Positions 26,408 through 37,859 of a stretch of DNA of 64,000 nt are shown one piece after another (within the stretch, counting starts at the first letter, position 1; each line of letters begins with the position of its first letter). Origin of the DNA: Rhizodiscina lignyota (lineage: Eukaryota); assembly GCA_010015805.1 (NCBI GenBank), contig ML978124.1:1240001-1304000 (forward strand). The letters run 5' to 3'. The translations under genes and the position numbers were made by a program. Under the pieces are notes generated by a model that was not told the origin of the DNA, searched no databases, and saw only the letters and a list, made by a program, of their open reading frames with translations.

Positions 26408-27308
26408 ATCAAGTTATTGCTCTTTCACAAATGCTAGCAGGAGGTCTTAGCCCGGTCCTTATTTAACGTAACTTCACGGGGAATATCTAGGGCTGCCACT
26501 CAAACAGGCGTAGTAATCGTATATAATAAGTGTTTATTGTCCTATGTTAAGCTGATCACAAAGGGATGTAGCCCAACAATTAGTATTCAGCAAATCAGCA
26601 ATGCATAACAAAAGAAAAGCCTTCTTCGACGACTATGTCATTAGTGTGGATCAGTGTTCTCAAAGAATCGCAATATTCAAGAGGAGGCCTATCATGCTGG
26701 GCACAAGAGAGTGAGGTTTTACGCGGATTTTGAGTTTGACCGCATTAACGCCTTTCTCAACACTTGCTTTATGTATTTAGGAAGGCATTAAGAAGTTGAA
26801 TCGCGTGAAAAGCTTCTGCAACACATTAGGTCAGCCTGTAAGTAAGATGCAATATCATCTATCGACATTCGACTTTTATTTGGGGTAACGGACCTTGATC
26901 GTATCTTACTAACAAAGGCGCAGCTCTAACTGCATCTCGCCCGTGAAAGGAATGAATCAGCCCAACACAACTGCGTTGCTTCGGAGCTTACTATCTCAGT
27001 CCGGCCTTTCTATACTGCCTCATTTTAAACGCTAACGTTACTTTAGATAATCGCACCTTTTACACTTGCTACGGCGTACTTCTCAATACCACAGCATGCC
27101 ATCCTTTTCACGGCAGGTGTTAAATCCTTGGTCGTTCTAATTCTGATCATAGCGACAGTAATGAAGCTAGCCCTCGATACTGCATCACAACGACGAGCTC
27201 GGTGGTGGAAGAAAATTGTTTAAAGAGTTGGAGTAAGACGTTACACGACAACCGATTGCAGAAGATGTTGACGACAACTTGGTTGTGACTAGAGATGAGG
27301 CCGTGTAT

Positions 27309-27570
27309 GTCGATCGATTAAACTGATTGATTATGTAAATCTCAGTCTAGTTGACTGATTGTCAACTAATTGATTCGACTGAATATTTGGGATCTTAAAG
27401 CTCTGATTGGTGAGAGCCTACCGTTGGGCTTATGCCCTTCATTTGCTGTTCGTATGTAAAGCGTACACGGCTGTATTTTGTATAGCACACCTCTGCTAAG
27501 CCGACTGCAGTTGTCGACCAGTGGCTGATTGTAATATTCGATCAAATCAATCGGTCAGATTGATGGTCAC
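27309..27570. repeat. Palindromic/inverted short repeats, possible decayed MITE ends
   Basis: gtcgatcgatta...tagttgactgattgtcaactaattgattcgac (27309-27379) and a related gtcgaccagtggctgattg...tcgatcaaatcaatcggtc (27513-27556). Confidence 0.4.
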
Positions 27571-28581
27571 TATGTGTCAATGGCTGAGACTTGCACCTTT
27601 TCCTTCGCTGATATAGAGTTGCCTCTATTTCAACTATTTGTTCGATATTGAGGCTGGAGAGAGACAGTCGTGCCAGAGCTCAGGCGCAGCATCATATTAA
27701 TAGGTGGCAGGTCTGCAAGTCAGTTCTATGTTTTCAGTCTCCACAGTTTATTTCGGACGGCCAGACGAAAGAGACAGTTGGTTCTACTGTTCATCGTCAA
27801 GTCGGTAGAGAGTTCACATCGAAGGAAAGAAAGAAGTGCATTGATACGCCTCCAAGGAGACAAAAGTCGAGCCACAGCTGCAAACTGTCACCACCGTTCA
27901 CCACAAAATAAATATTGCGGAAGTCGGCGCAGACAGATTAGGATTCGCCACCTGGTCGAATATGGGCCAGCTAGATTGGTCTGATCGGCTGCCCACTGTG
28001 GGGCGACCAGAGCCATAGTTTCTTCAGTTTATCCTAATCTGGTTTCAAAGTATAGTGTGGCATGGCCAGCAGTCCAGACATTTTCCTTGTTCAAGTTAAG
28101 ATGTTGGGCGTGATGGCATGGAGACCGGCAGCATCTCTAATTTCAAGATGTATTCCCTTCAAGTATGGCAGGATAAAAGTCGTATTCGTGCGTCCTCCCA
28201 GGTCAGGGCTCTGCGATTCTAGCGATGAGGTACTCCGTTGAGGAACGTGGGTTCGCGTCGAGGTGAAGGTAGTGGCTCTGAGAAAGTTAGTGGTGAAGAT
28301 TTATCTCGCGTCGGATGCAGAATAGTAAAAGTTGAGACACCCGTCGGAGGGTAGAAAATGTCGCTCAGCTCTCTGTCTCATGCAACGCAGATCAGTGTCA
28401 GTTGTTTGTTCTCGAAAGAGATCTGCAGACGACGGGAGCTACGTGTGTGGTAGCCGTTCTGACTCTCCCCCCTTACTGCAGAAAGTCGGATGAGTGGCGT
28501 TCTCTCGAAGAAAGTCGGTCGCCAGGGGGTCAATTGACCAATCGAAGCTCAACCAGTACTCCGGAGCCCATACCTGGAGCG

Positions 28582-28974
28582 ATGAGTGGGACAGGTTTTG
28601 CTCACCTCTTTTCTTCCAAATTTCAATGTCAACAGCCTCCCACGCGACCCGGACTCGAGTGTTGGCACACCGACCAATCCCAAGCTACCTCGTGGCTGCA
28701 AGAGGACACGCTCAATGCGAGACCATGGATCTTAGCTGTATGTACGCAGTGTGCCGTGTCGTTTTATCATTGGCCTGCAATGCTGACTGCCTCGTTAGAA
28801 AAAACATGTCTATATGTGGGAATGCGTACGTGGAATACCTTCGAACCCTGACGAGACCTGACTGAACAGTGTACTTGCCGAATCTCAGGAACCAGCATCA
28901 TGGTTGAGCCTTGCCCCTGCTGCGGACACTCCAGATGTGCCAACTGCCAGACGACGAGAGTGATAGTTCGATAA
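28582..28974 (+). CDS. Small Cys-rich zinc-ribbon-like protein, copy 2 (~95 aa; start uncertain)
   Basis: Exon ending PWILA at 28737, 27-nt exon 28799-28825 (KKHVYMWEC) and 105-nt exon 28870-28974 (CTCRISGTSIMVEPCPCCGHSRCANCQTTRVIVR*). Same intron positions and phases as copy 1. Confidence 0.75.
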
Positions 28975-29410
28975 ATGCAAGGCGGGGAGATTATTGGTAC
29001 GGCGCTTTCAGGCGGTGATGAATACAGAGGTTCCAGGGCCTGAGCATTGTGCTTGATAGATCTAGATCGGTAGAACTATCCATTCGGATAGTGACGTCGA
29101 AATGTATAGTATTGGATTTTGTTCGCATTCTATATAATTTTAAGAATCGGATAATTTCGTGTGAACATTACGCTTTTCAAGGCGGGTCCTGGAGTGGGTA
29201 ATTTTTAGAGAGAGGTCGGTGAGTGACGATTGCGTTCGGTAGGGGGGGTCGCGCTATACAAACCCTTCCAGGTTCTTCTTCAGGTCATCCTGCATGAACC
29301 AAGGCGCCTCCAGCTATAGCTTTGTCCTGTTCCCCGGAATTATCATCTGACTCAATTCGTGCAGAGTACTCCGTAGGTGCATAAGAGTTGACATTTGTCC
29401 AGCGCGATTG

Positions 29411-30089
29411 TAACGTCTTTTACGCGGGCTTGGCGGGGCGGGTCCTTCACTCCCAACCCCCTATGATCCCTTACTGATTAATACAAATGCGCTAGCCGTC
29501 TGCAGCGCGTTTCGGGTTCGCCGTGTGAGCGGAACTAGTCCGATTCGACACGTCTTACGCACCACCCATCCTCTTTTTGATCCACACGACGGTTATCGTA
29601 TTGGTTAGATTACGCTCAAGCCCACTAGTCAAAATATTTTTTACTGCAAGGGGCGACTGCGAACCCGAAACGCGCTGTACGGTAGGCTACAAAAATTGGC
29701 TCTGAAAGGGGGAAGCTACCGTGGTTTTCGGGGAGAGCCGTTGTACGCTAAAAAACCCACTAACTCTCTAAGGTAGAGGGTGGATCCCTCCCTTTACGTT
29801 AGCTTGAAGGACAATCTTTACTCCGTAGGAGACGGTAGTTTTGGTTATAGAGGCGTAATTCTAAGGGCGTGCTTGATTTGCAGGTACTGATTATATTGGC
29901 TATACCTTAACCGTGCACTGATCAAGGACAGGCTGCCGAAGCCACGGCGTTTTTGGCGTACACCGACTCCCCCCGAAAACCACGGTATAACTACGTCAGC
30001 TTTGCTGTAAACGGCTAACACGATTGGATTAATTAGTAAGGGGGTCATAGGGGGCTGGGAGCCGAAGGCTGTGTCCGTGAAAGGCGTTA
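29411..30089. mobile_element. Composite non-autonomous inverted-repeat element: outer MITE-like element containing two inner MITE-like elements (Tc1/mariner-pogo type inferred)
   Basis: Outer imperfect IRs 29413-29506 / 30004-30087 flanked by TA. Inner perfect 19-bp IR cagcgcgtttcgggttcgc at 29503-29521 / 29659-29677. Inner ~36-bp IR ccgtggttttcgggg... spanning 29719-29985, flanked by TA on both sides. No transposase ORF. Confidence 0.7.
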
Positions 30090-30501
30090 TCAAATTTCAA
30101 TTGGGTTTTCATTTTCCTCTCTGTGACTAAACGGCATTGCCCATCTTCGGAAATGAAGCACAGTAAATTAAGGAAGTTATGGGAAGGCTCTCCATCCCTA
30201 AGAACTCAACAGCCAGAGCCGCACGAATAGGGGCCTATTGCTGGAATATACTATTATTAATCTCCTTGCAACTTTCCTCAGTCGTTACCGATTTCTTCAT
30301 GCAGCTCACTTTCGTCACGTCGTAGTTATTGCTCTCTCATTACTGCTTTCCCCTCAGAGCCCTCTGGACACAGCTTTGTCATTGCTCGATGCACGGTAGT
30401 ATTCGTGTATGCCAAGACTACACCCGCAGATTCTCATTACCACCTGGTGTTTAAGTATTGAAGCCAAATAGGTTTGTCATTATGTACAGCCGTATTCTTA
30501 G

Positions 30502-30687
30502 AAAAGGCACGTGTCCATCTGGGGAGTGTGTAGATGGAATCCTAAAACTCAGGCCAAGTGTCATGCGATACCTAATGACAAACTTGCATAGTGCTCGTGT
30601 GGCTACAGTGGCATTCCTATACGTACGGATGGGTGTCCTGCCTGCGCATATGCGCGATGTCGTAGCTGCTACACGACGAGGATTTAA
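30502..30687 (+). pseudogene. Zinc-ribbon-like microprotein, copy 3 (disrupted)
   Basis: Exon 30502-30529 is 28 nt (KRHVSIW + extra G + EC, a frameshift). The exon from 30592 reads CSCGYSGIPIRTDGCPACAYARCRSCYTTRI*VR, with TAA where copy 1 has CAA. Confidence 0.75.
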
Positions 30688-31520
30688 GTACGTCCGGCTC
30701 AGATGCGATTCTCGCAGGCAAGTAGGCCGTTCATTGGAGAGCTGATTGTTGAACTCAATAACAGGGTTGTTCACACTTCCCCTGTATGCAAATAGAAGGA
30801 GTGGGTGCAGATGTCGAAGTCTCGTCCAGACCCGGCAATGGACAAAACGGACCGTCTACCTGCCAAGGTTCGCGGTCAGGCTGCTACAGATGAGGGTCTA
30901 TTCAATCAGTCCAGTTCATTCAAGGTCTGGGCTTCGTCTACTAGAGAAAATAACAGCTTGTTTGTTGTTCGGCTATGTTCAAGGGATGGAACGTAGACGG
31001 GACTTGTGTCGAAATAATGGCGGTGCTAGCACAGCTAGGGATAACAAAGGGAGGGGAAAGAGGAGGAAGACAAGAATGAGGAGTTGGTGAGATGCAAAGT
31101 TGGAGAAATCGTCACTCCAATTTGATGCGCTACGTACACCATGCCACTATGGAAAAGACCTCAACTGTGAAATGTCCTCATATGCGCCGGAGATCCCGAG
31201 ATACGGGTGTAGCCACATCCAGAAAGACTAAAGTGGAGCAATGAGAATTGCTGACATGCTTTCCAACAAGGAAATGGAATGACAAAAGGAAGAGGATTGT
31301 CCGATTCGTCGTCATAATTCATCAGAAGATATTCCAAAGAGAAAAAATTCCTGCTCGTTAAACATCTGATCATAGCTTGCTTGCATTCCTAGCTTCGTGC
31401 AACCACTTGTTATGTTCGCATCCAATTTCCCGGCACCGTAATTCTTGCCCTTTGCCTTCTCTCGGATTTTGGGTTTACAAATGTTAATACACTAGCAGGG
31501 CTGAAGAAGCGGAAGACTAA

Positions 31521-33482
31521 TTAATGGATAGCAGGATTGATTCCGACAAGCTTCATACCGTTTTCCAGCACTGTTCTTGTGGCCTCGAAGAGTGTCGCTT
31601 GAACTGGTGTAATACCGTCACTCTCCTCAATACCCTCAAAGCAAGAAGACAGGTGGTCAGTGACGCTCGCGAGATAGGCCATGACGGTCACTGGTTCTAA
31701 ATTCCTGTAAGTGGAGTTGGTGATCTCAGGGTATGTCGCCAGGAGCCGAAGAACGTTTGTGACGCCATCCTCTCGAAGGGAAGCAAAGTCCTCGTCGGAA
31801 AGTTCCACAGGATCCGGTGCAGTCTTGAGAACAGAGCACAGTCGAGCATACCAATACTGCAAGTCTGGACCAGTACCGTGTTCAAATGAAGTCATATGGC
31901 TGATGTCAAAGGCGTGATCATTTGCCCGTCTTGCAGATAATTCTTGGGCCAGAAGTGCAGTAGTTCCAACGGAGGCGACTGTCTCTTCCGTACTTCCAAG
32001 CAGGGTGGCCTTTTCTGGATTTTCCTTCAGTGATGTCCTCATTGCTGCTTGACATTGATCGAGAATGTCGTCCGGTGTATGCCCGCGACCCAACTTCTTT
32101 GACATCTGAGAGACTCCGCTGAAAGACACATACTCCAATTTTCCTGCTAGATCGGGTAAGTCCATGAGTTCGAGGATTTTGAAGAGTCGTGAGAAGTGAT
32201 CCTTGTTATCAGTCGCAACAACGTATATCATCTTGTCGAACGAGTACTTCCTGTCGCGATCCAAGACAGCCGCAAGATCTCTGAGCATATAAGTGCTGCT
32301 TCCCGTCCGGTCGCGGATAATTTCTCGGCCAGCTTTTTTGGTGAACTTCTTCAGGTCAATAATCCATGATGGCCCGTCCGCCTCACAAATTCCCTTGTTC
32401 TTCAAAATATCCTCAACTTCGGCCATAGTCTCTTGACTGACTTGCGATTCTCCAGAGTACTCATCGAAGCTGATATTCAGTCGACTATAGAGCTGATTAT
32501 AGCTGTCGATGTTGATTTCACGAACGCGCTTCCAAAATGCAAGTGCTTTCTCTTCTCCATCTTCCATTCTTTTGAAAAAAGCGTTGCGTTCGGCAAATAG
32601 CTCCTGTGTTTCCAGCTCGGCTGGATCTTTCCCTTCGTCCCGCGCCTTCTTGTAGGCTGCTTGCTCTGGTTCAAAGCGCTCGTATGTCTTGTGATAAACG
32701 TCGAAGAGATGTCGCAGTGGGTCAGCTTGGAATTGTCCTTCGGGTTCAAACTTCTCCCAGCCTGCACCTAACAGGCCAAGCGGCTTACCCCAGTCACCTA
32801 GGTAGTTAATCTTGGTGACATCCCAACCCATACTTCCGTAGATACTGGCGATAGAGGCCCCCAGGATAGTGCTCCGAAGATGCTTGGCCTGAAACTCGCT
32901 GTCGATGTTGGGGGACGAAAATTCGATCACCAACCTTTTGCGGCCGCTCTCAGGTGAGGTAAGATGGTGAAGCCCAAGTGACGCATCTCGACCGTAAGAC
33001 TGCTTGCGGTCATTGATGTAAGAAAGTACGAGACGCGGCAGAGTCCGTGGTTGATAAAACATCCGAAGATGCATGCCCTCTTCAAATGGACGACGAATAA
33101 AGAGCGGGCATTCCGGGAACTGATGAGATCGAGTTAACTCTAGTGCCGCCTTGTTGGGGGTAGCGTAAAGACGTAACAGGGAAGACTGTGCACCAACCTT
33201 TGTTATGAGATCCAAGGCCAAAGCGTGATAGTCGGCGCCGTGGCTAAGCTTCGGCAATATGGCAGCCAAATCTCCATTGTCAATATTACTGGGCCATTGA
33301 ATGGAGTTGTAGGCGTTGGCTGGGTCGCCCCCTACAAGGCTGCTGAGGATGTCTGCAAAGTACGACCGGGCAATATCCCGAGGCTTGTTCAGCACATCAG
33401 CCTCTGCAAAATGCGGTATTGGAGTTTGCAATCCAATGTCACCCAGAAGGGCTTCGAGGCCAGTAACAGTGAGGGTTGACAT
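31521..33482 (-). CDS. Divergent arginyl-tRNA synthetase-like protein
   Basis: IEFSSPNI...HLRSTILG, INYLGDWGK, FDEYSGES, YMLRDLAA, FDKMIYVV and TGPDLQYWYARLCS match fungal ArgRS. Probable in-frame 78-nt intron 33120-33197. Confidence 0.85.
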   Translation of the reverse strand: MSTLTVTGLEALLGDIGLQTPIPHFAEADVLNKPRDIARSYFADILSSLVGGDPANAYNSIQWPSNIDNGDLAAILPKLSHGADYHALALDLITKVGAQSSLLRLYATPNKAALELTRSHQFPECPLFIRRPFEEGMHLRMFYQPRTLPRLVLSYINDRKQSYGRDASLGLHHLTSPESGRKRLVIEFSSPNIDSEFQAKHLRSTILGASIASIYGSMGWDVTKINYLGDWGKPLGLLGAGWEKFEPEGQFQADPLRHLFDVYHKTYERFEPEQAAYKKARDEGKDPAELETQELFAERNAFFKRMEDGEEKALAFWKRVREINIDSYNQLYSRLNISFDEYSGESQVSQETMAEVEDILKNKGICEADGPSWIIDLKKFTKKAGREIIRDRTGSSTYMLRDLAAVLDRDRKYSFDKMIYVVATDNKDHFSRLFKILELMDLPDLAGKLEYVSFSGVSQMSKKLGRGHTPDDILDQCQAAMRTSLKENPEKATLLGSTEETVASVGTTALLAQELSARRANDHAFDISHMTSFEHGTGPDLQYWYARLCSVLKTAPDPVELSDEDFASLREDGVTNVLRLLATYPEITNSTYRNLEPVTVMAYLASVTDHLSSCFEGIEESDGITPVQATLFEATRTVLENGMKLVGINPAIH

Positions 33483-34333
33483 TTGCCGCTCGGGCGATTT
33501 CTCGCTGTCGGTTGTTGTTCAAGAGGTGTGAGAGTTCGATGTTTTCCGTCCGCCTGAATGAAGTTGTGGCGGCTTTCGTGCATGGAGCGCATGACGATGG
33601 TTGTCGAGGTGTCAGTCATCTCGAGCGTCGTGGTGGAAGCAGATTGGATCTCCTATCTGCACCCCTAGGGTGGCTTTTCCAATGAACTCGGGAGCTCTAC
33701 AACCCTGTAGGGCACTTCTCGGACAGCTGCAAAGATTTGGACTTGCCATCATCTCTACTGTACTTCATTTGCCTCAAGCTTGGAGCTTAATAAGGTGGAG
33801 CATAACACGAGATGTTGTGTGCAGGGGAAGTCGGCATTTCTCGAAGACTTTTTCGGTCCTTGAGGCCCTCCGTGGTCCTCTTCCTCGATAGAGTAATCTC
33901 GCATTTCGGGCCGAAAGGTGTTACTTCATAATGTTACCTACCTACCTTGTCGCATAACTAGGCGCCTCGAGCATGTACTGTAAGGCGTTATTTAAACGAG
34001 CAATCAAAGATCGAGCTCAAACCTCTTCAGAATTTTCTTTTTTGAAAAAGAGTAATATCGCAGTTATCTATGTACCCTTCTTTGTCATTAAAAATGTGTC
34101 GTTGCGCCAGCGCCCTAGAGGAGAAAGCGTCGACCAACATATCGACATTTATCTCTCGGAATTAAATGAATGTGATATATAAAGCAGGATCCGCGACACA
34201 AAACATATGAATGTGAGATAAACGTCAGGCGCTTCCAAAGCTGCGAAAACTCCGATACGGCGCAAGAGTCATCTGGGCTCTCCACCGAAATGGCCGCCAT
34301 CTCCATTCCCGTCCGCTGGAACCGAAGGATGCA

Positions 34334-36552
34334 TCACACTGGGAGCGCGAGGGTCTCTGAACTGCTAGTGGCTCTGGGCATTACCCCTACTCCTGGGTAG
34401 GCCAAGTCCCCAGCTCCACTGACTGGTGGGTCCGCGCGCACCTGTCTCTGCTCCACATCCGAATCTTGCGGGTGATCGTGAGCAGACCTTAGCACTGCCC
34501 TTATTCCCTTCGTCAAGAAGTGGTAGACACACTTCGAAAATGTCACAATATTCACGTATGCAACGACTGTCTTCCACCATTGATCCTTGCGCCGCATGGC
34601 ACTGAGCGCACGAAACACAAGATTCGTCGCAGCCGTAATGATGACTATGGCAATAAGGAAGGACCCGACATTCATTTTGAAAGGCATGATCGTTTGCGGT
34701 ATTGAGAAAGTGGCGGTAGTAAGCGCAAAAGGAGCAATGATCTGAAAGGAATTAGCTACCTGAAGGTGAAGAATTTCCGACAGACGAACCGCAATTGTGA
34801 ATTCCGTGGCCACTCCGTTGTGTTGAGCAGCTTCATAACCTTGGAGGCCTAAGCGAACTTGTTCGAGGTCTAGGCGGCGTCCTTCAATGCTCAAATGATG
34901 TTGGAGCTGCATGTTCACAGCTTGGTAGAAATTATCGCAATCTTCATGCAAGCGAATCAAATCCCGCTGGAGATCTTCCAGGCTATCGAATGTTTCGTTG
35001 ATAGCGTCAAGTAATAGCGGAATACCCGAAAGCCGGCCATTTGAGATCTCTTGGGAAGAACAATCCATTTCCGTGAAGTAGCTGATATCGCGGTTGATGA
35101 ACCTCTGCGTGGCCTTATTTGTCTTCGAAAGAGCACCTATGAGGTGGTTCAAGAAATCCATAGCTTGTAGGATCCAGTCGAAGTTTTCTTTAGCGTTTTC
35201 AGCTGGATCATCCGTGGTGCCGAGGTGTCCAGATAAATGAGAAGAATATCTTTTCGCCTATTAGAATGATCAGAATTCAGAAATAGTTCATAATAAAAAT
35301 TGTGGCTCATACCTGTATCTCTTGTTTAATAATGTCTTGCACAGTCCCGATGAGTTCTTCCCACTCTTTTAGCGCCTGTGCCGTTCTGGAGTTCAGTATT
35401 GTAAGAAAATACTCTCTAGGGTTCCAAATCGGAAAGTTTGCATCAAATATGTCGCTAAATTCATTCCAAGCTATCGGATCGGAGAGAAAGCCTTGTATAG
35501 GTTTAACGCTATCTTCGAAGTCTTCGTCATCGACGTCAGTATCGTCAAAAGCATACGCGATCCACCGCGAGTTATCTGACCCGCATATGGCGAATGAGAA
35601 CTGAGCTTCGTATACGACATAATGCTCCAGGCCTCTAGAGTGCGGTCTACGCACACTCAGGAATGATAAATCCAACTCCATACACTTTCTTCTTGGTTTT
35701 ATCTCTTGATTTGGCAGCGACGAGCATATTCTCAAAGGGCAGAACGGTAGATGGAAACTGAGCTGGAATCTGATGAAGCCCTTGGTCTACAGAATATCGT
35801 AAGCATTCCTTCAGTGATCAACATCAGTACACAAAGCTAATATTTGAAACCTCAGGGGACCTACCGGAATTTTGACTCCCATTGATGCTTCACGCCCCAA
35901 GTGTCTCCATATGGCCTCTTTCAAGGCCGAGATTTGGTGGCCTGCCGCTGTCTTCGCAAGTGCCAGAACGTAGGATGGGTTTGCATTAGCAATGTAACTA
36001 CGGCAAAATGATTAGCTAGGATAATTCATTAACCCGAGAGAAAGGGAAGTCCTTGCATTAAACGTCTGTCCGCATCAACTTTGTTTTCGCAATCAAATCG
36101 CTATGACGAACTCAGTTTAGCTTGCGATACGCTTGGGGAAATAACAGGGATCAAGTGCGTACCGGCTCGTCCAAGTGACGGCAGAGGTCTGTTGCATCTA
36201 GCTCATCTGGATGTGATCGCCGACCCTCACTGACGTCCCCACGTGGACAATTCCTTTCATCTAACCAAACAGTACACTTCAAATTATCCAGTGATGTGCT
36301 CCGGAGGAAAAGTTCCAAAATCTTGACTTTACATGACGGTATTGAACCTTCAGTGTCCTTCAGGAAGTCTTCGATGTCAGTAGAGCGGGTACAAAACTCC
36401 GTTTTTGCCTCGATCCTACAGCGATCTTCTTTATGAATTTCATTCCGGTCCTTTGAAAATATCAAGTCCCAGTTCTTAGCATAATGCCGAGCCCCATAGC
36501 TTCTCTTTTCGCAGTTCATTGCTCTCTGTGGTCTTAATCGCTCTGGACTCAT
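34334..36552 (-). CDS. Fungal hypothetical protein with CorA-like C-terminal two-TM region, multi-exon
   Basis: ORFs 36151..36552, 35307..35735 and 34334..35161 lie in order with splice signals between them. Motifs FQLSFHLPF, YEAQFSFAICG, DPIAW and PIWNPREYFL. Helical region followed by two hydrophobic segments. The CorA-like label is from recall of architecture. Confidence 0.65.
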
Positions 36553-37859
36553 GTAGGATGCACTCCTGTGCAGCCAATCAGGAAGGTCAATGTATACTAA
36601 TCAGCCATATCGTCTCGTTAATGGTAAGTATTATGCCAAATTCGTAGCGATCATTTGCAAGGATCAGCATTGTGAAAAGAATGCACAAGTTCAGAGTATG
36701 CAAAAGTGAAGATCGGACACGGCGGGCCATGAAAAACTCTCATCAACAATGCCTAAATGCTTCAGAGAGCCCAACTATCCTAGTGAAGACCACAAGGCAA
36801 CGGGTGCTGCTGAATTCGTTGGGCAGGAAGTAAGGCAATCGACTTCCAGAATATCATGGCGCGGAGCACGCCACGTCATGAAAGGAATTGGATGACAGTG
36901 AAAATTCGCATTTGCATAAGGCATACTGCATTGACTTCGTAAGGCTGCATTTCACGACAGACAGAGCTCGTATGTTGATGTTTGACTCGTGCCACAGTTC
37001 GTAGACTGAATGGTGCGCGACATGCAAGGCGTTCGGGGCATTGTGTTGGCGGATGCCAACTTTCGTCACTTCATCCAGATGAATATCATGGGGTCCGCGC
37101 TGACAGTGTGTATTGAGCGGAATGCTAAGTGGACAGGCCGTTGATCTGGGTCACAAGTCATCTGTACACGTGATAGAGGTTGTGTCGTGGCCAGTTTTGT
37201 ATCGCGGCTATTTGTATCGTTGGGTACTGGACGCCCTGTTTGATTGATGAATGAAAAGGCAATCGTAGAGAACAGCGCAGCGCGATTACCGCTGCATAAT
37301 AATCCTGCAAGTAAATGCTGCTGAAGTCAACACTGGTCGAGGCTTCTGGGAATCTAGTATAAATGGGTTTCACAGGGGCAAGTGCTATTTGAATCAACGA
37401 CTCAGCTATCCTGCCAAGCACAGTACGATAGAAGTTCTGAGTCATCCCACAGCGATGTGGATCGTACCCCTTGTCTTGCGGGGATTGGCCGAAGTGGAAA
37501 GGTCTCTCTACACGATATTCAGTACAGCAGGCGTCGATGGATACAGGAAGTGTTACTTGATTATGTATCATAATCAGCGTCAGTGATAGCCTAAATGACA
37601 CGAACTTGGACTCCTGACTTATGACCACTGAGGATGGAAGGGGGCCCAAATACCGGTCTGCTTTGAAAAATGAACAAGGCTGAGGCTGTGCACATTAGAC
37701 CCACGAGCTATTCGGACTCCTTTAGGCCTTTTATCTCGCTTGCCAAAAAAAATTGATGGTCGCCTTCGTTTCTTCCACTCCATTTCCACCTCAGATTTCC
37801 AAGCGTAGCTTATCACATCCCCAGATACGATTAACTCTTTGAAGCTAACTTTATTTAGG

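Noticed and set aside
29411..30089. Telomerase RNA or other large structured ncRNA
   Set aside because: No TTAGGG-type template is visible, arm mismatches are not consistently wobble-compatible on one strand, and the TA-flanked ends fit MITEs better.
33389..33619. Out-of-frame upstream ORF overlapping the ArgRS-like start
   Set aside because: The transcript start is unknown and such ORFs arise by chance; no evidence of regulation.
36895..37090. Possible sixth, very degenerate microgene copy (minus strand: IFIW..., NCG...LCLS*...QC) upstream of the intact CorA-like gene
   Set aside because: Too few conserved residues and weak splice signals to distinguish from chance without a profile search.
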